Source: Aquirufa sp. (lineage in GTDB: Bacteria > Bacteroidota > Bacteroidia > Cytophagales > Spirosomataceae). Taken from it: a stretch of DNA of 64,000 bases. The position numbers were made by a program, and so were the translations under genes. This document shows positions 1-10,421 of this stretch, one piece after another. The stretch's first letter is position 1, and every line of letters begins with the position of its first letter. The stretch is from positions 4,569 through 68,568 of the forward strand of contig JBJTNH010000100.1 in assembly GCA_046073945.1 (NCBI GenBank). The letters run 5' to 3'. A model generated the notes under the pieces. That model saw only the letters and a list, made by a program, of their open reading frames with translations, made no database searches and had not been told where the DNA came from.

Positions 1-626
1 CTCGACTTTGCTCGGCAATTTCGAACGATTTAAGAAATTGGACAAAATTGGGACCTATGTTAAAAGATCCTAAATACATCGATACTTGGTCTAAATCAGG
101 GGCAATTGTTGTCAAAGAAAACAATCAACAAATGATTGCTGAAAAAATCAATGGAAAATATTGGATGTATTTTGGCGATACCAATCTTTTTTTAGCTGAA
201 TCTACCGATTTAATCCAATGGAAAGTTTGTGAGGATGAAGAAAATAAAACGGCTATTTCGGTGCTTCATCCAAGAAAAGGGCATTTCGATAGTCGATTAG
301 TGGAACCAGGCCCTTTTGCTTTACTTAGACCTGAAGGAATTCTTATGATTTACAACAGTAGTAATTCAGCGAATTACAATGAAAAACAATTCCCTAAATT
401 TACTTACAGCGCGGGAGAAGCACTTTTTGACAAAACAATGCCTTATAAATTATTGGACAGAACTAATCAGCCTTTCATTTGGCCCAATAAGCCTTATGAA
501 CAAATTGGTGAAGTCAATGAAGTTTGTTTTGTGGAAGGCTTAGTCCATTTCAAAAATAAATGGTTCTTGTATTATGGAACGGCCGATTCTAAAATAGCGG
601 TTGCGATTAAAAATGAATCGAAATGA
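1..626 (+). CDS. GH130-family glycosidase/mannoside phosphorylase-like protein, 5'-truncated by the window edge
   Basis: The frame is open upstream of the TTG at 48 (RLCSAISNDLRNWTKLG). Motifs WSKSG, YWMYFGD, LVEPGP, VCFVEGL and LYYGTADS are typical of GH130 five-bladed propellers. Confidence 0.8.
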   Translation, partial: RLCSAISNDLRNWTKLGPMLKDPKYIDTWSKSGAIVVKENNQQMIAEKINGKYWMYFGDTNLFLAESTDLIQWKVCEDEENKTAISVLHPRKGHFDSRLVEPGPFALLRPEGILMIYNSSNSANYNEKQFPKFTYSAGEALFDKTMPYKLLDRTNQPFIWPNKPYEQIGEVNEVCFVEGLVHFKNKWFLYYGTADSKIAVAIKNESK

Positions 627-1012
627 ATTTGATTGCGGGAGTTCATCATATAGCCATCATTTGCTCCAATTATGAAGTAACAAAACGATTTTACACACAA
701 ATTTTGGGTTTTGAAATCGTTCGGGAAGTGTATAGGGAGGAACGAAATTCCTATAAATTGGATCTCGCATGTCAAGGAAATTACATCATAGAGTTGTTTT
801 CTTTTCCAAATCCACCAGCCAGAATAAGTAGGCCTGAGGCTTGTGGATTACGACATTTGGCCTTCCAAGTGGGCCATTTAGAAGAAATTATATCCTACTT
901 ATCAAACAATGGAATCTTCTGTGAACCCATCAGAATGGATGAATTTACAGGAAAAAGGTTCACTTTTACAGAAGATCCCGATGGCTTACCCATCGAGTTT
1001 TATGAAATATGA
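623..1012 (+). CDS. VOC/glyoxalase I-like metalloprotein (YaeR/YwkD type)
   Basis: Motifs HHIAIICS, SYKLDL, IELFSFP, PEACGLRHLAF and DPDGLPIEFYE. ATGA overlap with the upstream gene. Confidence 0.9.
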   Translation: MNLIAGVHHIAIICSNYEVTKRFYTQILGFEIVREVYREERNSYKLDLACQGNYIIELFSFPNPPARISRPEACGLRHLAFQVGHLEEIISYLSNNGIFCEPIRMDEFTGKRFTFTEDPDGLPIEFYEI

Positions 1013-3156
1013 ATAGAATTGAAAAAAAGCCCCTCTCTCAATTAGGTTTTGGTTTTGTCACAAATGAATTCTTGAAAGATCATCAAAGTGAATTTGATCA
1101 TCGCAACAAGAATTTGCAATTGGAGGATTACCGCCCTCTTCAGGAAAGGGAAATCAATATTTTGGAAGCCAACCTAAATGAAGCCGAGAACTGGAAAGAT
1201 GTCTGGGTAAAAAATGGCTTCAATCCCTATTTGGTTAAGAATTGTCGATTTTTTGGAATCAATCGAATCGGTATTTTAGAGAGCTGCTATTTGGAATTTA
1301 AAAACCTCCGAATGCCAGTTGGACTTTATAACAGTACCTTAATCAGTTGCGATTTCGGAAATAATGTAGCCATTGACAGAGTAAATCTACTTTCTCATTA
1401 CCAAATTGGTAACGAAGTCATGATCTTGCAAGTCAACGAATTAGCTACCACCCCAACTGCCAAATTTGGAAATGGTATTGTCAAAGAGGGAGAAGAAGAA
1501 CGAATACGAATTTGGTTGGAATTAGGAAATGAAAATGGTGGACGTAAAGTAGTTCCTTTTGAAAATATGCAATTGGCTGATGCCTATTTGTGGACTCAAA
1601 ATAGAGATGATATAGATTTACAAAAGCGTTTTTTTGAAATGACTCAAAAAGAATTTTCAAAAGAACGAGGATTTTATGGACAAATTGGAGATCGAACTGT
1701 CATTAAAAATACAGGGATCATCAAAGATGTCAATATGGGCTCAGACACCTATATTAAAGGTGCTAATAAATTAAAAAATTTAACCATTTTTTCCAATGAA
1801 AATGCCTCCACTCAAATTGGAGAAGGTTGTGAAATTGTGAATGGTATTATCCACGAAGGTTGTCGAATATTCTACGGTGTTAAAGCCGTTCGATTTATTT
1901 TGGAATCCCACTCGCAATTAAAATATGGCGCTAGATTGATCAATTCCTATTTAGGAAACAATTCAACCATTTCATGTTGCGAAGTATTAAATGCGCTTAT
2001 TTTTCCATCGCATGAGCAACACCACAATAATTCGTTTTTGTGTGCCGCTATCATAAAAGGTCAAAGCAACATGGCAGCAGGAGCTACTTTGGGATCTAAT
2101 CACAATAGCCGAGGGGCAGATGGAGAATTACAAACGGGAAGAGGCTTTTGGCCAGGATTGTCTGTTAGTCTAAAACACAATTCCAAATTTGCGAGCTTCA
2201 ACTTAATATCTAAAGGTAATTATCCTGCTGAAATTCAAAATCCCCTTCCTTTTTCACTTCTAGGAAATGACGAAAAAACGGGCGGATTATTAATTATTGC
2301 GGCCTATTGGTTTCAATACAATATGTATGCTTTAGCCAGAAACGCTTGGAAATTCCATCATAGAGATCAGCGTATTCATAAAAATATGCTACTAGAATAT
2401 GATTATCTAGCTCCAGATACTATGTTAGAAATGGTTCAAAGTTTGGATTTATTGTGTTTCTGGGTAGGTAATTCTTTGGAAACAAATTCCTTAAAAGACC
2501 GAAAAGAAATCACAGAAATAGGAAAATCTTGGCTGGAAAACCCCGCGAATGAACACAATCCTTTGGATGTTTGGGTGACCGGCATTGAAAATACTAAACG
2601 CCCAACTCGAATTGCCAAAGCATTTAAGGCCTATCATATATTCAAAGATTTGATTTATTACTATGCTGCGAAACAAAGATTAATTTATCCGAATGAAGAT
2701 CTAACTTTTCTTGAAAAACCACTTTGTAATTGGGATAATTTAGGAGGTCAAATGGTTCAAACGGCTGCAATTAATCAACTAAAGAGGGCCATCAAATCTG
2801 GCGAAATTAATCGATGGAACCAAATTCATGAATGGTATGAATCGCAAGCAATTATTTATCCTAAAGAAAAATTTGAGCAAGCATTAATCGCTTTAAAGCA
2901 AATTTCAGGTGGCGATTTATCTGACCCTCAATTTATTCGATCCTGGATGCAAAAAGCAGAGGAAGTTTCACTATTCCTTAGCAATGGCATTCAAAATTCC
3001 AGATCAAAAGATTATGAAGATCCTTTCCGACTTTCTATGTTTGGAAATGAAAAAGAAATGAATGCGGTCATTGGCGACCTAGATGACAATGAATTCATCC
3101 ATGAAGCTAAAAAAGCGCATGAGAGGTTTTTATTTGAGGTAAAAGGTAAGAGGTAA
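1009..3156 (+). CDS. DUF4954-family protein (left-handed beta-helix-like)
   Basis: 715 aa with YRPL..EI..LE.N.N.A.NW, NENGGR, ISCCEVLN, HEQHHNNSFL and GATLGSNHNSR motifs. ATGA overlap. Confidence 0.8.
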   Translation: MNRIEKKPLSQLGFGFVTNEFLKDHQSEFDHRNKNLQLEDYRPLQEREINILEANLNEAENWKDVWVKNGFNPYLVKNCRFFGINRIGILESCYLEFKNLRMPVGLYNSTLISCDFGNNVAIDRVNLLSHYQIGNEVMILQVNELATTPTAKFGNGIVKEGEEERIRIWLELGNENGGRKVVPFENMQLADAYLWTQNRDDIDLQKRFFEMTQKEFSKERGFYGQIGDRTVIKNTGIIKDVNMGSDTYIKGANKLKNLTIFSNENASTQIGEGCEIVNGIIHEGCRIFYGVKAVRFILESHSQLKYGARLINSYLGNNSTISCCEVLNALIFPSHEQHHNNSFLCAAIIKGQSNMAAGATLGSNHNSRGADGELQTGRGFWPGLSVSLKHNSKFASFNLISKGNYPAEIQNPLPFSLLGNDEKTGGLLIIAAYWFQYNMYALARNAWKFHHRDQRIHKNMLLEYDYLAPDTMLEMVQSLDLLCFWVGNSLETNSLKDRKEITEIGKSWLENPANEHNPLDVWVTGIENTKRPTRIAKAFKAYHIFKDLIYYYAAKQRLIYPNEDLTFLEKPLCNWDNLGGQMVQTAAINQLKRAIKSGEINRWNQIHEWYESQAIIYPKEKFEQALIALKQISGGDLSDPQFIRSWMQKAEEVSLFLSNGIQNSRSKDYEDPFRLSMFGNEKEMNAVIGDLDDNEFIHEAKKAHERFLFEVKGKR

Positions 3157-3227
3157 TAGGTAAAAGTTTCTCTTTTCTCTTTTCTCTTTTCTCTTTTACC
3201 TCTTACCTATTACCTCTTACCTCAAAT
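3132..3227. repeat. Heptamer-built inverted repeat between convergent genes: (AGGTAAN)4 - (TTTTCTC)n loop - reverse-complement arm
   Basis: Arms 3132-3166 and 3193-3227 are reverse complements at 32 of 35 positions. The loop 3167-3192 is a TTTTCTC tandem. Confidence 0.9.
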
Positions 3228-4828
3228 CAGGGTTTATTCGAATCTACCTTCAAACGTTGTTCTCTGTTTGAAATTTCCCAAGCCATGTAGAAAACTAATC
3301 GGCCGACGCGTTGGCATTGATCGAATTCAATTTTATCCACATCGTCTGTAGGTTGGTGATAATCAGCATGAACACCATTAAAAAAGAAGGCTACAGGGAT
3401 TCCGTGTTTGGCAAAATTATAATGGTCAGAACGATAATAGAATCGATTCGGGTCATTTGGGTCATTGAATTTAAAATCTAAATCTAATCCCACATGCTTT
3501 TGATTTTGATCTACCAAAACTTGACGAAGCTCTGAAGAAAGTTTATCAGAACCAATTTCATAAATATAATCTGGCTTCCCAATGTGATCATCATCTTCTC
3601 GACCCGTCATATCAATATTCAAATCGCAAACTGTATTTGCCAATGGGAATAATGGATGATTGGAATAATATTCAGACCCTAAAAGTCCCTTTTCTTCTCC
3701 CGTTACGGTCATAAATAAAATACTTCTTCTTGGTCTATGTCCGTCGGCTGCTGCCTTTCCAAAAGCTTCTGCTAATTCCAAAACAGTCACAGTTCCTGAA
3801 CCATCATCATTGGCTCCATTGTTAATTTGTCCATCAATGGAAATTCCAATGTGATCATAATGCGCAGTAATCACAACCACTTCTTCCTTTTTATCCGTTC
3901 CTTCCAAATAACCTACTACATTATACGTATCTACCGGCTTTTCCGTTCTTTCAATCGTTAAGTTGATTGAATTTGACTTAAACTTCGAAGGAAGTGATTT
4001 TTTTTCTTTCCCCAAATTCGTTTTATACGCTAATAAATTTTCTTGGCTTGTGTTCAAAAGTTGGGCAGCCATTTCTGTTGAAATTAACAAAACGGGAAAT
4101 TCTCCTGCTGGATTAATCGTTTCATCTTTCTGAACCATTCGTTCATTACCAAAACGCTGCATCATAACTTGGCGCTGACGTACTTGATTTCCAAAACCTA
4201 CTTCATCTTTATCAGTGATCAAAATTAAGCCCTTCGAGCCAGCAGCTTTGGCTAATTTCATTTTTTCCTTCCATCCGTCCCCTTTTCCGAAAGCCGAAGG
4301 ATCTTTTGTTCCTGATAAAACATAATTTCCTTGTGCATCTTTAGCTTCACCTTCAAATGCCAAGATATATTCGCCCTTAAGTTTCAATGGATCAAAATCG
4401 GTATAATTTCCTTTTTGAACTCCATAACCTACGAAAACGACTTTAGCCTTTGTTCCAGCGTCTACAGGCGCCAAAGCATTTGCCATAAAATCTTTTAAAT
4501 ATTCGTATTTCTTACCCTTGATTTCCAAAGAAATATTTGTCCAAGCTCGATTAACTAAATCTACTTTTTGAAAATAACTGCCTTGAACAGGCGCTAATCC
4601 AACCTTTTTAAAATGATCAGCGATGTATTTTGCGGCAACTAATTGTTCAGCTGAACCTGTGTTCCTACCTTTTAAGCTATCGGATGCAATAAAAGTTAAA
4701 TGTTTTTTCAAATCTTCTGCCTTGATTGAATAGGCATAAGTTACTGGATTTACCTGTGCAAATGCAGTGGATAATGTTAGCAGAAATGCTGAAATAAGCA
4801 TTAAAACTTGAATCGATTTTTGTTTCAT
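3227..4828 (-). CDS. Secreted M28-family metallopeptidase with PA domain
   Basis: Signal peptide ending AFAQ. Zinc-ligand motifs TAHYDH, GANDDGSG, GEEKGLLGS, NIDM, RSDHYNF and DYHQPTD. Confidence 0.92.
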   Translation of the reverse strand: MKQKSIQVLMLISAFLLTLSTAFAQVNPVTYAYSIKAEDLKKHLTFIASDSLKGRNTGSAEQLVAAKYIADHFKKVGLAPVQGSYFQKVDLVNRAWTNISLEIKGKKYEYLKDFMANALAPVDAGTKAKVVFVGYGVQKGNYTDFDPLKLKGEYILAFEGEAKDAQGNYVLSGTKDPSAFGKGDGWKEKMKLAKAAGSKGLILITDKDEVGFGNQVRQRQVMMQRFGNERMVQKDETINPAGEFPVLLISTEMAAQLLNTSQENLLAYKTNLGKEKKSLPSKFKSNSINLTIERTEKPVDTYNVVGYLEGTDKKEEVVVITAHYDHIGISIDGQINNGANDDGSGTVTVLELAEAFGKAAADGHRPRRSILFMTVTGEEKGLLGSEYYSNHPLFPLANTVCDLNIDMTGREDDDHIGKPDYIYEIGSDKLSSELRQVLVDQNQKHVGLDLDFKFNDPNDPNRFYYRSDHYNFAKHGIPVAFFFNGVHADYHQPTDDVDKIEFDQCQRVGRLVFYMAWEISNREQRLKVDSNKP

Positions 4829-4892
4829 ATTTGTTGAAGAAAATATTTAAGCTACGAAGATAAGAATTGAAAAATAAATCCCATAAAAAGAT

Positions 4893-4900
4893 TATTTTTG
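4893..4900 (+). promoter_or_regulatory. Bacteroidota sigmaA -7 box (TAnnTTTG) for gcvP
   Basis: TATTTTTG lies about 32 nt before the ATG at 4933. A divergent variant, TATCTTCG, is on the minus strand at 4855-4862 for the peptidase. Confidence 0.55.
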
Positions 4901-4932
4901 TAGCGTTTTTTCAATCATCAACCCAGCCTAAT

Positions 4933-7809
4933 ATGATTCCAAATTTCAAGTATCGCGAAGATTTTTCATTACGTCATAATAATTCAGATCCGACCGATAT
5001 TTCAGAAATGTTGAAAACCATTGGTGTCGACAGCTTAGAGACATTAATTCAACAAACTGTTCCGTCTAAAATCAGATTAAAAAATCCATTGCGCTTACCA
5101 AATCCTAAAACTGAATTTGAGTTTTTAAGAGATTTCAAAGCCATCATGGGTCAAAATAAAATCTTTAAAAGCCACATTGGCTTGGGATATTATGATACGA
5201 TTGTTCCTTCGGTAATTTTGAGAAACATCTTGGAAAATCCGTCATGGTACACAGCCTATACACCTTATCAAGCAGAAATTGCGCAAGGTCGTTTAGAGAT
5301 GCTATTGAATTACCAAACGATGATCATCGATTTGACGGGAATGGAATTGGCGAATGCTTCCTTATTGGATGAAGGTACAGCAGCCGCTGAAGCAATGACC
5401 ATGTTGTATGGTCAAAGACCTGCTTCTAGATCTAAGGCTGAAGCATTTTTCGTTTCTGAATTATGCTTACCACAAACGATTGATGTATTAAAAACGAGGG
5501 CAGAACCTATTGGAATTGAAATTGTCGTAGGAAATCATGAAAATTTTGATGTGACAGACGAAAGATTTTATGGCTTATTGGTTCAATATCCAGCTTCCAA
5601 TGGAGAAGTTTTCAATTACCAATCGCTGATTCAATCTGCCAAAGAAAAAGAATTACAAGTCGTTGTTGCTGCCGACTTATTGGCATTAACCATTATAACT
5701 CCTCCAGGAGAAATGGGGGCTGATGTGGTCATTGGTTGTTCACAAAGATTTGGTGTACCAATGGGTTTTGGTGGGCCACATGCCGCTTTTTTTGCAACGA
5801 AAGAAAAATACAAAAGAAATATTCCCGGTCGTATCATCGGAGTTTCCGTGGATTCAGAGGGAAATAGAGCATTGAGAATGGCCTTGCAAACTCGTGAGCA
5901 ACATATTCGAAGAGAAAAGGCAACTTCCAATATTTGTACGGCACAAGTTTTACTTTCCATCATGGCTGCGGCTTATGCCGTTTACCATGGACCTGAAGGT
6001 TTGAAAAATATTGCTAGCAAAATTTATGGCTTAACGGAATTATTGACAGCGGGATTGAAGAAATTAGGCTTTGAAATTGAAAATACGCATCACTTCGATA
6101 CCATCACCGTTAAAACAGGTGAATTTACGGCTGATATCAGAGAATTTGCAGAGGAAGCTGAACGTAATTTTAGATATTTCAAAAAAGATGCCTCAAAATT
6201 AAGCATTGCCTTGGATGAGACTTCCAATGAAGATGATGTGATCGAAATTTTAGCTTTCTTCCAAAGAGCCAAAGGTCAATCCATTGGTGGAGAGGAAATT
6301 GAAGTTTCTTGGAAATTACCTAAAGAACTCGTTCGTACTTCTTCTTATTTGAGTCATCCCGTTTTCCATAAATATCATTCTGAGCACGGAATGTTGCGTT
6401 ATTTAAAATCTTTGGAAAACAAAGATTTATCGATGGTTCACTCCATGATTTCATTGGGGTCTTGTACCATGAAATTGAATGCAACCACGGAAATGATCCC
6501 GGTCACATGGCCAGAATTAGGTAAAATTCACCCATTTGCGCCAGGATATCAAACCAAAGGATACCAAAGGTTGATTATCGAATTAAGTGCTTGGTTGTGT
6601 GAAGTAACTGGTTTTGCGGCAATGTCTATGCAACCCAATTCAGGTGCACAAGGCGAATACGCTGGCCTAATGGTTATTCGTGCATATCATGAAAGTCGTG
6701 GCGATTCACACAGAAATATTGCCATCATTCCATCATCTGCTCATGGCACAAATCCTGCATCTGCTGTTATGGCTGGAATGAAGGTAGTTGTTTCACCTTG
6801 TGATGCCAATGGAAATATAGATGTTGCTGATTTACGTGCAAAAGCGGAACAATACAAAGATAATTTAGCTTGTTTAATGGTTACTTACCCAAGTACCCAT
6901 GGGGTATTTGAAGAATCTATTCAAGAAGTTTGTGCCATCATTCATGAATTTGGAGGACAAGTTTACATGGATGGTGCTAATATGAATGCGCAAGTAGGAT
7001 TAACTTCTCCAGCAACAATCGGAGCTGATGTTTGCCATTTGAATCTTCATAAAACATTTTGTATTCCGCATGGTGGCGGTGGACCAGGCATGGGGCCAAT
7101 TGGGGTTGCTCCTCAATTAGTACCATTTCTACCAGGTCACGTAATAACCGATTCCATTGAGGCTGAAAAGCATGGAGCAGTTTCTGCAGCCCCAGTTGGT
7201 TCAGCAAGTATTTTGGCCATTTCTTATGCCTACATCGCAATGATGGGTGGGGAAGGTTTAAAAACTGCGACTGAAACTGCTATTTTAAATGCCAACTATA
7301 TCAAAGCACGTTTGGAAAAAGAATTTCCAATTCTATATACAGGAACACAAGGAAGATGTGCGCATGAAATGATTGTAGATTGTCGTCCATTTAAACTCAG
7401 TGCAGGTGTTGAAGCAGAAGACATAGCAAAACGTTTAATGGATTATGGTTTCCATGCACCTACCCTTTCTTTCCCTGTGGCAGGAACTTTAATGATTGAA
7501 CCTACTGAATCTGAAAACAAAGAGGAATTAGATCGTTTTATCAATGCCTTACTAAGCATTCGCGAAGAAATTAGAGAAATTGAGAACGGCCTTGCAGATA
7601 AAACAAGCAATGTCTTAAAACATGCTCCCCATACACAATCCATCGTCCTATTAGGCGAGTGGACACGTCCTTACAGTCGTGAAAAAGCGGTTTTCCCATT
7701 GGACTACGTAAAAGCCAATAAATTCTGGCCAAGCGTTTCTCGCATCGATTCTGCCTATGGAGATCGTAATTTGGTTTGCGCTTGTGAGCCGATAGAGAGC
7801 TACGTTTAG
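4933..7809 (+). CDS. gcvP: Glycine dehydrogenase (decarboxylating), glycine cleavage P protein
   Basis: Motifs [40 protein letters not shown]-lysine HLNLHKTF and [11 protein letters not shown] 4933 is preferred over TTG 4867 because a promoter box lies between them. Confidence 0.97.
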   Translation: MIPNFKYREDFSLRHNNSDPTDISEMLKTIGVDSLETLIQQTVPSKIRLKNPLRLPNPKTEFEFLRDFKAIMGQNKIFKSHIGLGYYDTIVPSVILRNILENPSWYTAYTPYQAEIAQGRLEMLLNYQTMIIDLTGMELANASLLDEGTAAAEAMTMLYGQRPASRSKAEAFFVSELCLPQTIDVLKTRAEPIGIEIVVGNHENFDVTDERFYGLLVQYPASNGEVFNYQSLIQSAKEKELQVVVAADLLALTIITPPGEMGADVVIGCSQRFGVPMGFGGPHAAFFATKEKYKRNIPGRIIGVSVDSEGNRALRMALQTREQHIRREKATSNICTAQVLLSIMAAAYAVYHGPEGLKNIASKIYGLTELLTAGLKKLGFEIENTHHFDTITVKTGEFTADIREFAEEAERNFRYFKKDASKLSIALDETSNEDDVIEILAFFQRAKGQSIGGEEIEVSWKLPKELVRTSSYLSHPVFHKYHSEHGMLRYLKSLENKDLSMVHSMISLGSCTMKLNATTEMIPVTWPELGKIHPFAPGYQTKGYQRLIIELSAWLCEVTGFAAMSMQPNSGAQGEYAGLMVIRAYHESRGDSHRNIAIIPSSAHGTNPASAVMAGMKVVVSPCDANGNIDVADLRAKAEQYKDNLACLMVTYPSTHGVFEESIQEVCAIIHEFGGQVYMDGANMNAQVGLTSPATIGADVCHLNLHKTFCIPHGGGGPGMGPIGVAPQLVPFLPGHVITDSIEAEKHGAVSAAPVGSASILAISYAYIAMMGGEGLKTATETAILNANYIKARLEKEFPILYTGTQGRCAHEMIVDCRPFKLSAGVEAEDIAKRLMDYGFHAPTLSFPVAGTLMIEPTESENKEELDRFINALLSIREEIREIENGLADKTSNVLKHAPHTQSIVLLGEWTRPYSREKAVFPLDYVKANKFWPSVSRIDSAYGDRNLVCACEPIESYV

Positions 7810-7915
7810 AAGAGGGAAGAGAGAAGAGAAGACAGAAGAAAGCAAATGGATCCAAAATCTAATATTTTTTAATCCCTCTTTTCTCTTTTCTCTCTCCTCT
7901 TTTCTCTTTCTTTTT
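7809..7915. repeat. Purine tract and pyrimidine tract of degenerate 7-mers (AGAGRGA / TYTCTCT) forming an imperfect inverted repeat after gcvP
   Basis: 7809-7842 is almost pure A/G and 7873-7915 is pure C/T, with about 7-nt periodicity. Confidence 0.7.
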
Positions 7916-7929
7916 AAAAATAAATATAG

Positions 7930-7968
7930 TATGCTTGCATAACATTTTATTTTTTAAGTAAATTAGCA
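7930..7968 (+). promoter_or_regulatory. Palindromic operator candidate TATGC-TT-GCATA and -7-like box TAAATTAG upstream of the beta-oxidation genes
   Basis: Palindrome at 7930-7941 and a TAAATTAG(CA) box at about 7959-7968. The ATG is at 7997. Confidence 0.5.
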
Positions 7969-7996
7969 CCTCAATAAAAACCTAAACTACAATTCA

Positions 7997-10402
7997 ATGA
8001 ATCGTTCCATCAAAAAAGTAGCTATCCTTGGCTCTGGAATCATGGGTTCACGAATAGCTTGTCATTTTGCCAATATAGGCGTACAGGTATTGCTATTAGA
8101 TATTGCACCAAAAAATCTTTTGCCTGAAGAAGAAGCCAAAGGCTTAACCTTAGAGCATCCCTTGGTAAAAAACAGAATTGTCAATTACGCATTTCAACAA
8201 ACGATAAAGGCAAAGCCTGCTTCCTTATATTTAAGCAGCTTTGCCGAAAATATTACACTCGGAAATTTTGATGATAACTTAAAAGATATTCAGTCGGTCG
8301 ACTGGATTATCGAAGTGATTGTTGAAAATTTAGAGATCAAAAAATCATTGTATGATAAAGTAGACCAGCTTAGAAGCCCAGGTACTTTAATCAGTTCTAA
8401 CACTTCAGGAATTCCGATTCATTTGATGTCGGAAGGAAGAAGCGAAGATTTTCAAAAACATTTTTGCGGCACTCACTTTTTCAATCCGCCTAGGTATTTG
8501 AAACTATTGGAAATCATTCCAACCCCGCAAACAGATTCTTCTGTCGTTGACTTTATTGCAAAATATGGAGAAACCTTATTGGGTAAAACTACGGTTATTT
8601 GCAAGGACACCCCTGCTTTCATTGCGAATCGGATAGGAGTTTATTCCATGATGCAAACCATGAAAGTGGTTGAAGAATTAGGTTTAAGTGTTGAACAAGT
8701 GGACAAATTAACATCAAAAGTAGTAGGACGACCTAAATCAGGCACGTTCAGACTTTCTGATGTGGTTGGTTTAGACACGACGGTCCATGTGGCTAACAAT
8801 CTACAAAAAGCCTTGCAAAACGATGAAGGCAAGGATATTTTCACTTTACCCAAAATGCTCCAACAATTAATGGAGAATAAATGGCTGGGGGATAAAACAG
8901 GTCAAGGCTTTTACAAAAAGATAAAAGGTGCCAATGGGAAAAGTGAAATTTTAGCTTTGGACCTACAAACTTTCGAATACCGTCCTACTCAAAAGGTTTC
9001 ATTTGAAACTTTGGAAAGAACCAAGGCCATCGATTCATTAAGCAAACGATTTGACTATTTATTAGCAGGAAAAGATTTAGCGGGTGAATTTTACAGAAAA
9101 ACTTTCTTGGATGGCTTCCGATATGCTTCCAACCGTGTACCTGAAATTGCAGATGAATTTTACAAAATTGACCAAGCGATTTGTGCAGGATTTGGATGGG
9201 AAATGGGGATTTTTGAAACTTGGGATGCCATAGGAGTACAAAAAGGCATTGATTTGATGCGGGAAAATGGTTTTGAACCTGCGGCTTGGGTTAATGAAAT
9301 GATTTCAAATGGTTGCAACAGTTTCTATCAAACCGAGGCAGGGGTTCGTAAATATTATGATTTAGGAACAAAATCGTATCTAACGATTCCTGGTTCTGAG
9401 AAAAACATCGCATTAGCTAATTTCAAACCTGAAAAGGTTGTTTACCAAAATGATGATGCGACCATCATGGACATTGGTGATGATATTCTTTGTTTAGAAT
9501 TTCATTCAAAAATGAATACCATGGGGCAAGGTGTTTTGGAAGGAATTCAAAAAGCGATTGATTTAGCAGAAAAAAACTACCGAGGTTTAGTGATTGGAAA
9601 CGAAGGCATCGAAGCCTTCTCTGCCGGAGCGAATTTAGGTATGTTATTTATGTATGCAGCCAATCAAGAATTTGACGAAGTCAATCAAATGATTGCCATT
9701 TTCCAAAACACGATGATGCGGGTACGTTATTCATCGATACCTGTTGTGATTGCTCCTCATACACTTGCATTAGGTGGAGGTTGTGAAATATGTTTACATT
9801 CGGATAAATTGGTGGCACATGCGGAAACCTACATGGGTTTAGTGGAAGTGGGTGTTGGATTAATTCCAGCAGGTGGAGGAACCAAAGAAATGGCCCTTCG
9901 CATGGGTGATGCGCGCCAAAATGGGGATGTGGAATTGAATCGTTTACAAAATGCCTTCATGAATATTGCAACGGCAAAGGTCAGTACATCTGCCCATGAA
10001 GCAAGGGAAATGAATTATTTAAGACCCTTCGATCGAATCATTTTAAATCGAAGTCAATTGATTGCTGAGGCTAAAAAAGAGGCATTGGCATTAGCAGATG
10101 CTGGTTATGTTCAAAAACAACCTAGATCCAATGTTTGGGTAGAAGGCAAACAAGGTTTGGCTTTATTCAAAGCTGGGATTTACGGAATGAAATTAGGAAA
10201 TTACATTTCTGAGCACGATGCTTTAATTGCCAATAAATTAGCTTATGCCATTTGCGGGGGTGATTTAGATGCACCTCAAATGGTAACTGAACAATATTTA
10301 TTGGATCTAGAAAGAGAAGCATTTTTATCGCTTTCTGGCGAGAAAAAGACTTTGGAAAGAATTGGAAGCTTATTAGGTGGTGGAAAACCATTGAGAAATT
10401 AA
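7997..10402 (+). CDS. fadN: 3-hydroxyacyl-CoA dehydrogenase / enoyl-CoA hydratase (FadN type)
   Basis: Rossmann motif GSGIMG, SSNTSG, GTHFFNPPRY and FIANRIG. The C-terminal crotonase domain has FSAGANL, ALGGGCE and EVGVGLIPAGGG. Confidence 0.93.
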   Translation: MNRSIKKVAILGSGIMGSRIACHFANIGVQVLLLDIAPKNLLPEEEAKGLTLEHPLVKNRIVNYAFQQTIKAKPASLYLSSFAENITLGNFDDNLKDIQSVDWIIEVIVENLEIKKSLYDKVDQLRSPGTLISSNTSGIPIHLMSEGRSEDFQKHFCGTHFFNPPRYLKLLEIIPTPQTDSSVVDFIAKYGETLLGKTTVICKDTPAFIANRIGVYSMMQTMKVVEELGLSVEQVDKLTSKVVGRPKSGTFRLSDVVGLDTTVHVANNLQKALQNDEGKDIFTLPKMLQQLMENKWLGDKTGQGFYKKIKGANGKSEILALDLQTFEYRPTQKVSFETLERTKAIDSLSKRFDYLLAGKDLAGEFYRKTFLDGFRYASNRVPEIADEFYKIDQAICAGFGWEMGIFETWDAIGVQKGIDLMRENGFEPAAWVNEMISNGCNSFYQTEAGVRKYYDLGTKSYLTIPGSEKNIALANFKPEKVVYQNDDATIMDIGDDILCLEFHSKMNTMGQGVLEGIQKAIDLAEKNYRGLVIGNEGIEAFSAGANLGMLFMYAANQEFDEVNQMIAIFQNTMMRVRYSSIPVVIAPHTLALGGGCEICLHSDKLVAHAETYMGLVEVGVGLIPAGGGTKEMALRMGDARQNGDVELNRLQNAFMNIATAKVSTSAHEAREMNYLRPFDRIILNRSQLIAEAKKEALALADAGYVQKQPRSNVWVEGKQGLALFKAGIYGMKLGNYISEHDALIANKLAYAICGGDLDAPQMVTEQYLLDLEREAFLSLSGEKKTLERIGSLLGGGKPLRN

Positions 10403-10421
10403 TCCTTTTAACATTTGACTT

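Noticed and set aside
4829-4932. Glycine riboswitch upstream of gcvP
   Set aside because: Only about 100 nt of AT-rich divergent promoter DNA with no aptamer-like stems.
4867-4932. N-terminal extensions given by the ORF track (gcvP 4867; also 27491, 44081, 53491, 59487)
   Set aside because: Downstream ATGs give proper signal peptides, lipoboxes or family-typical starts, and several extensions overlap promoter or operator-like sequence or the neighbouring gene.
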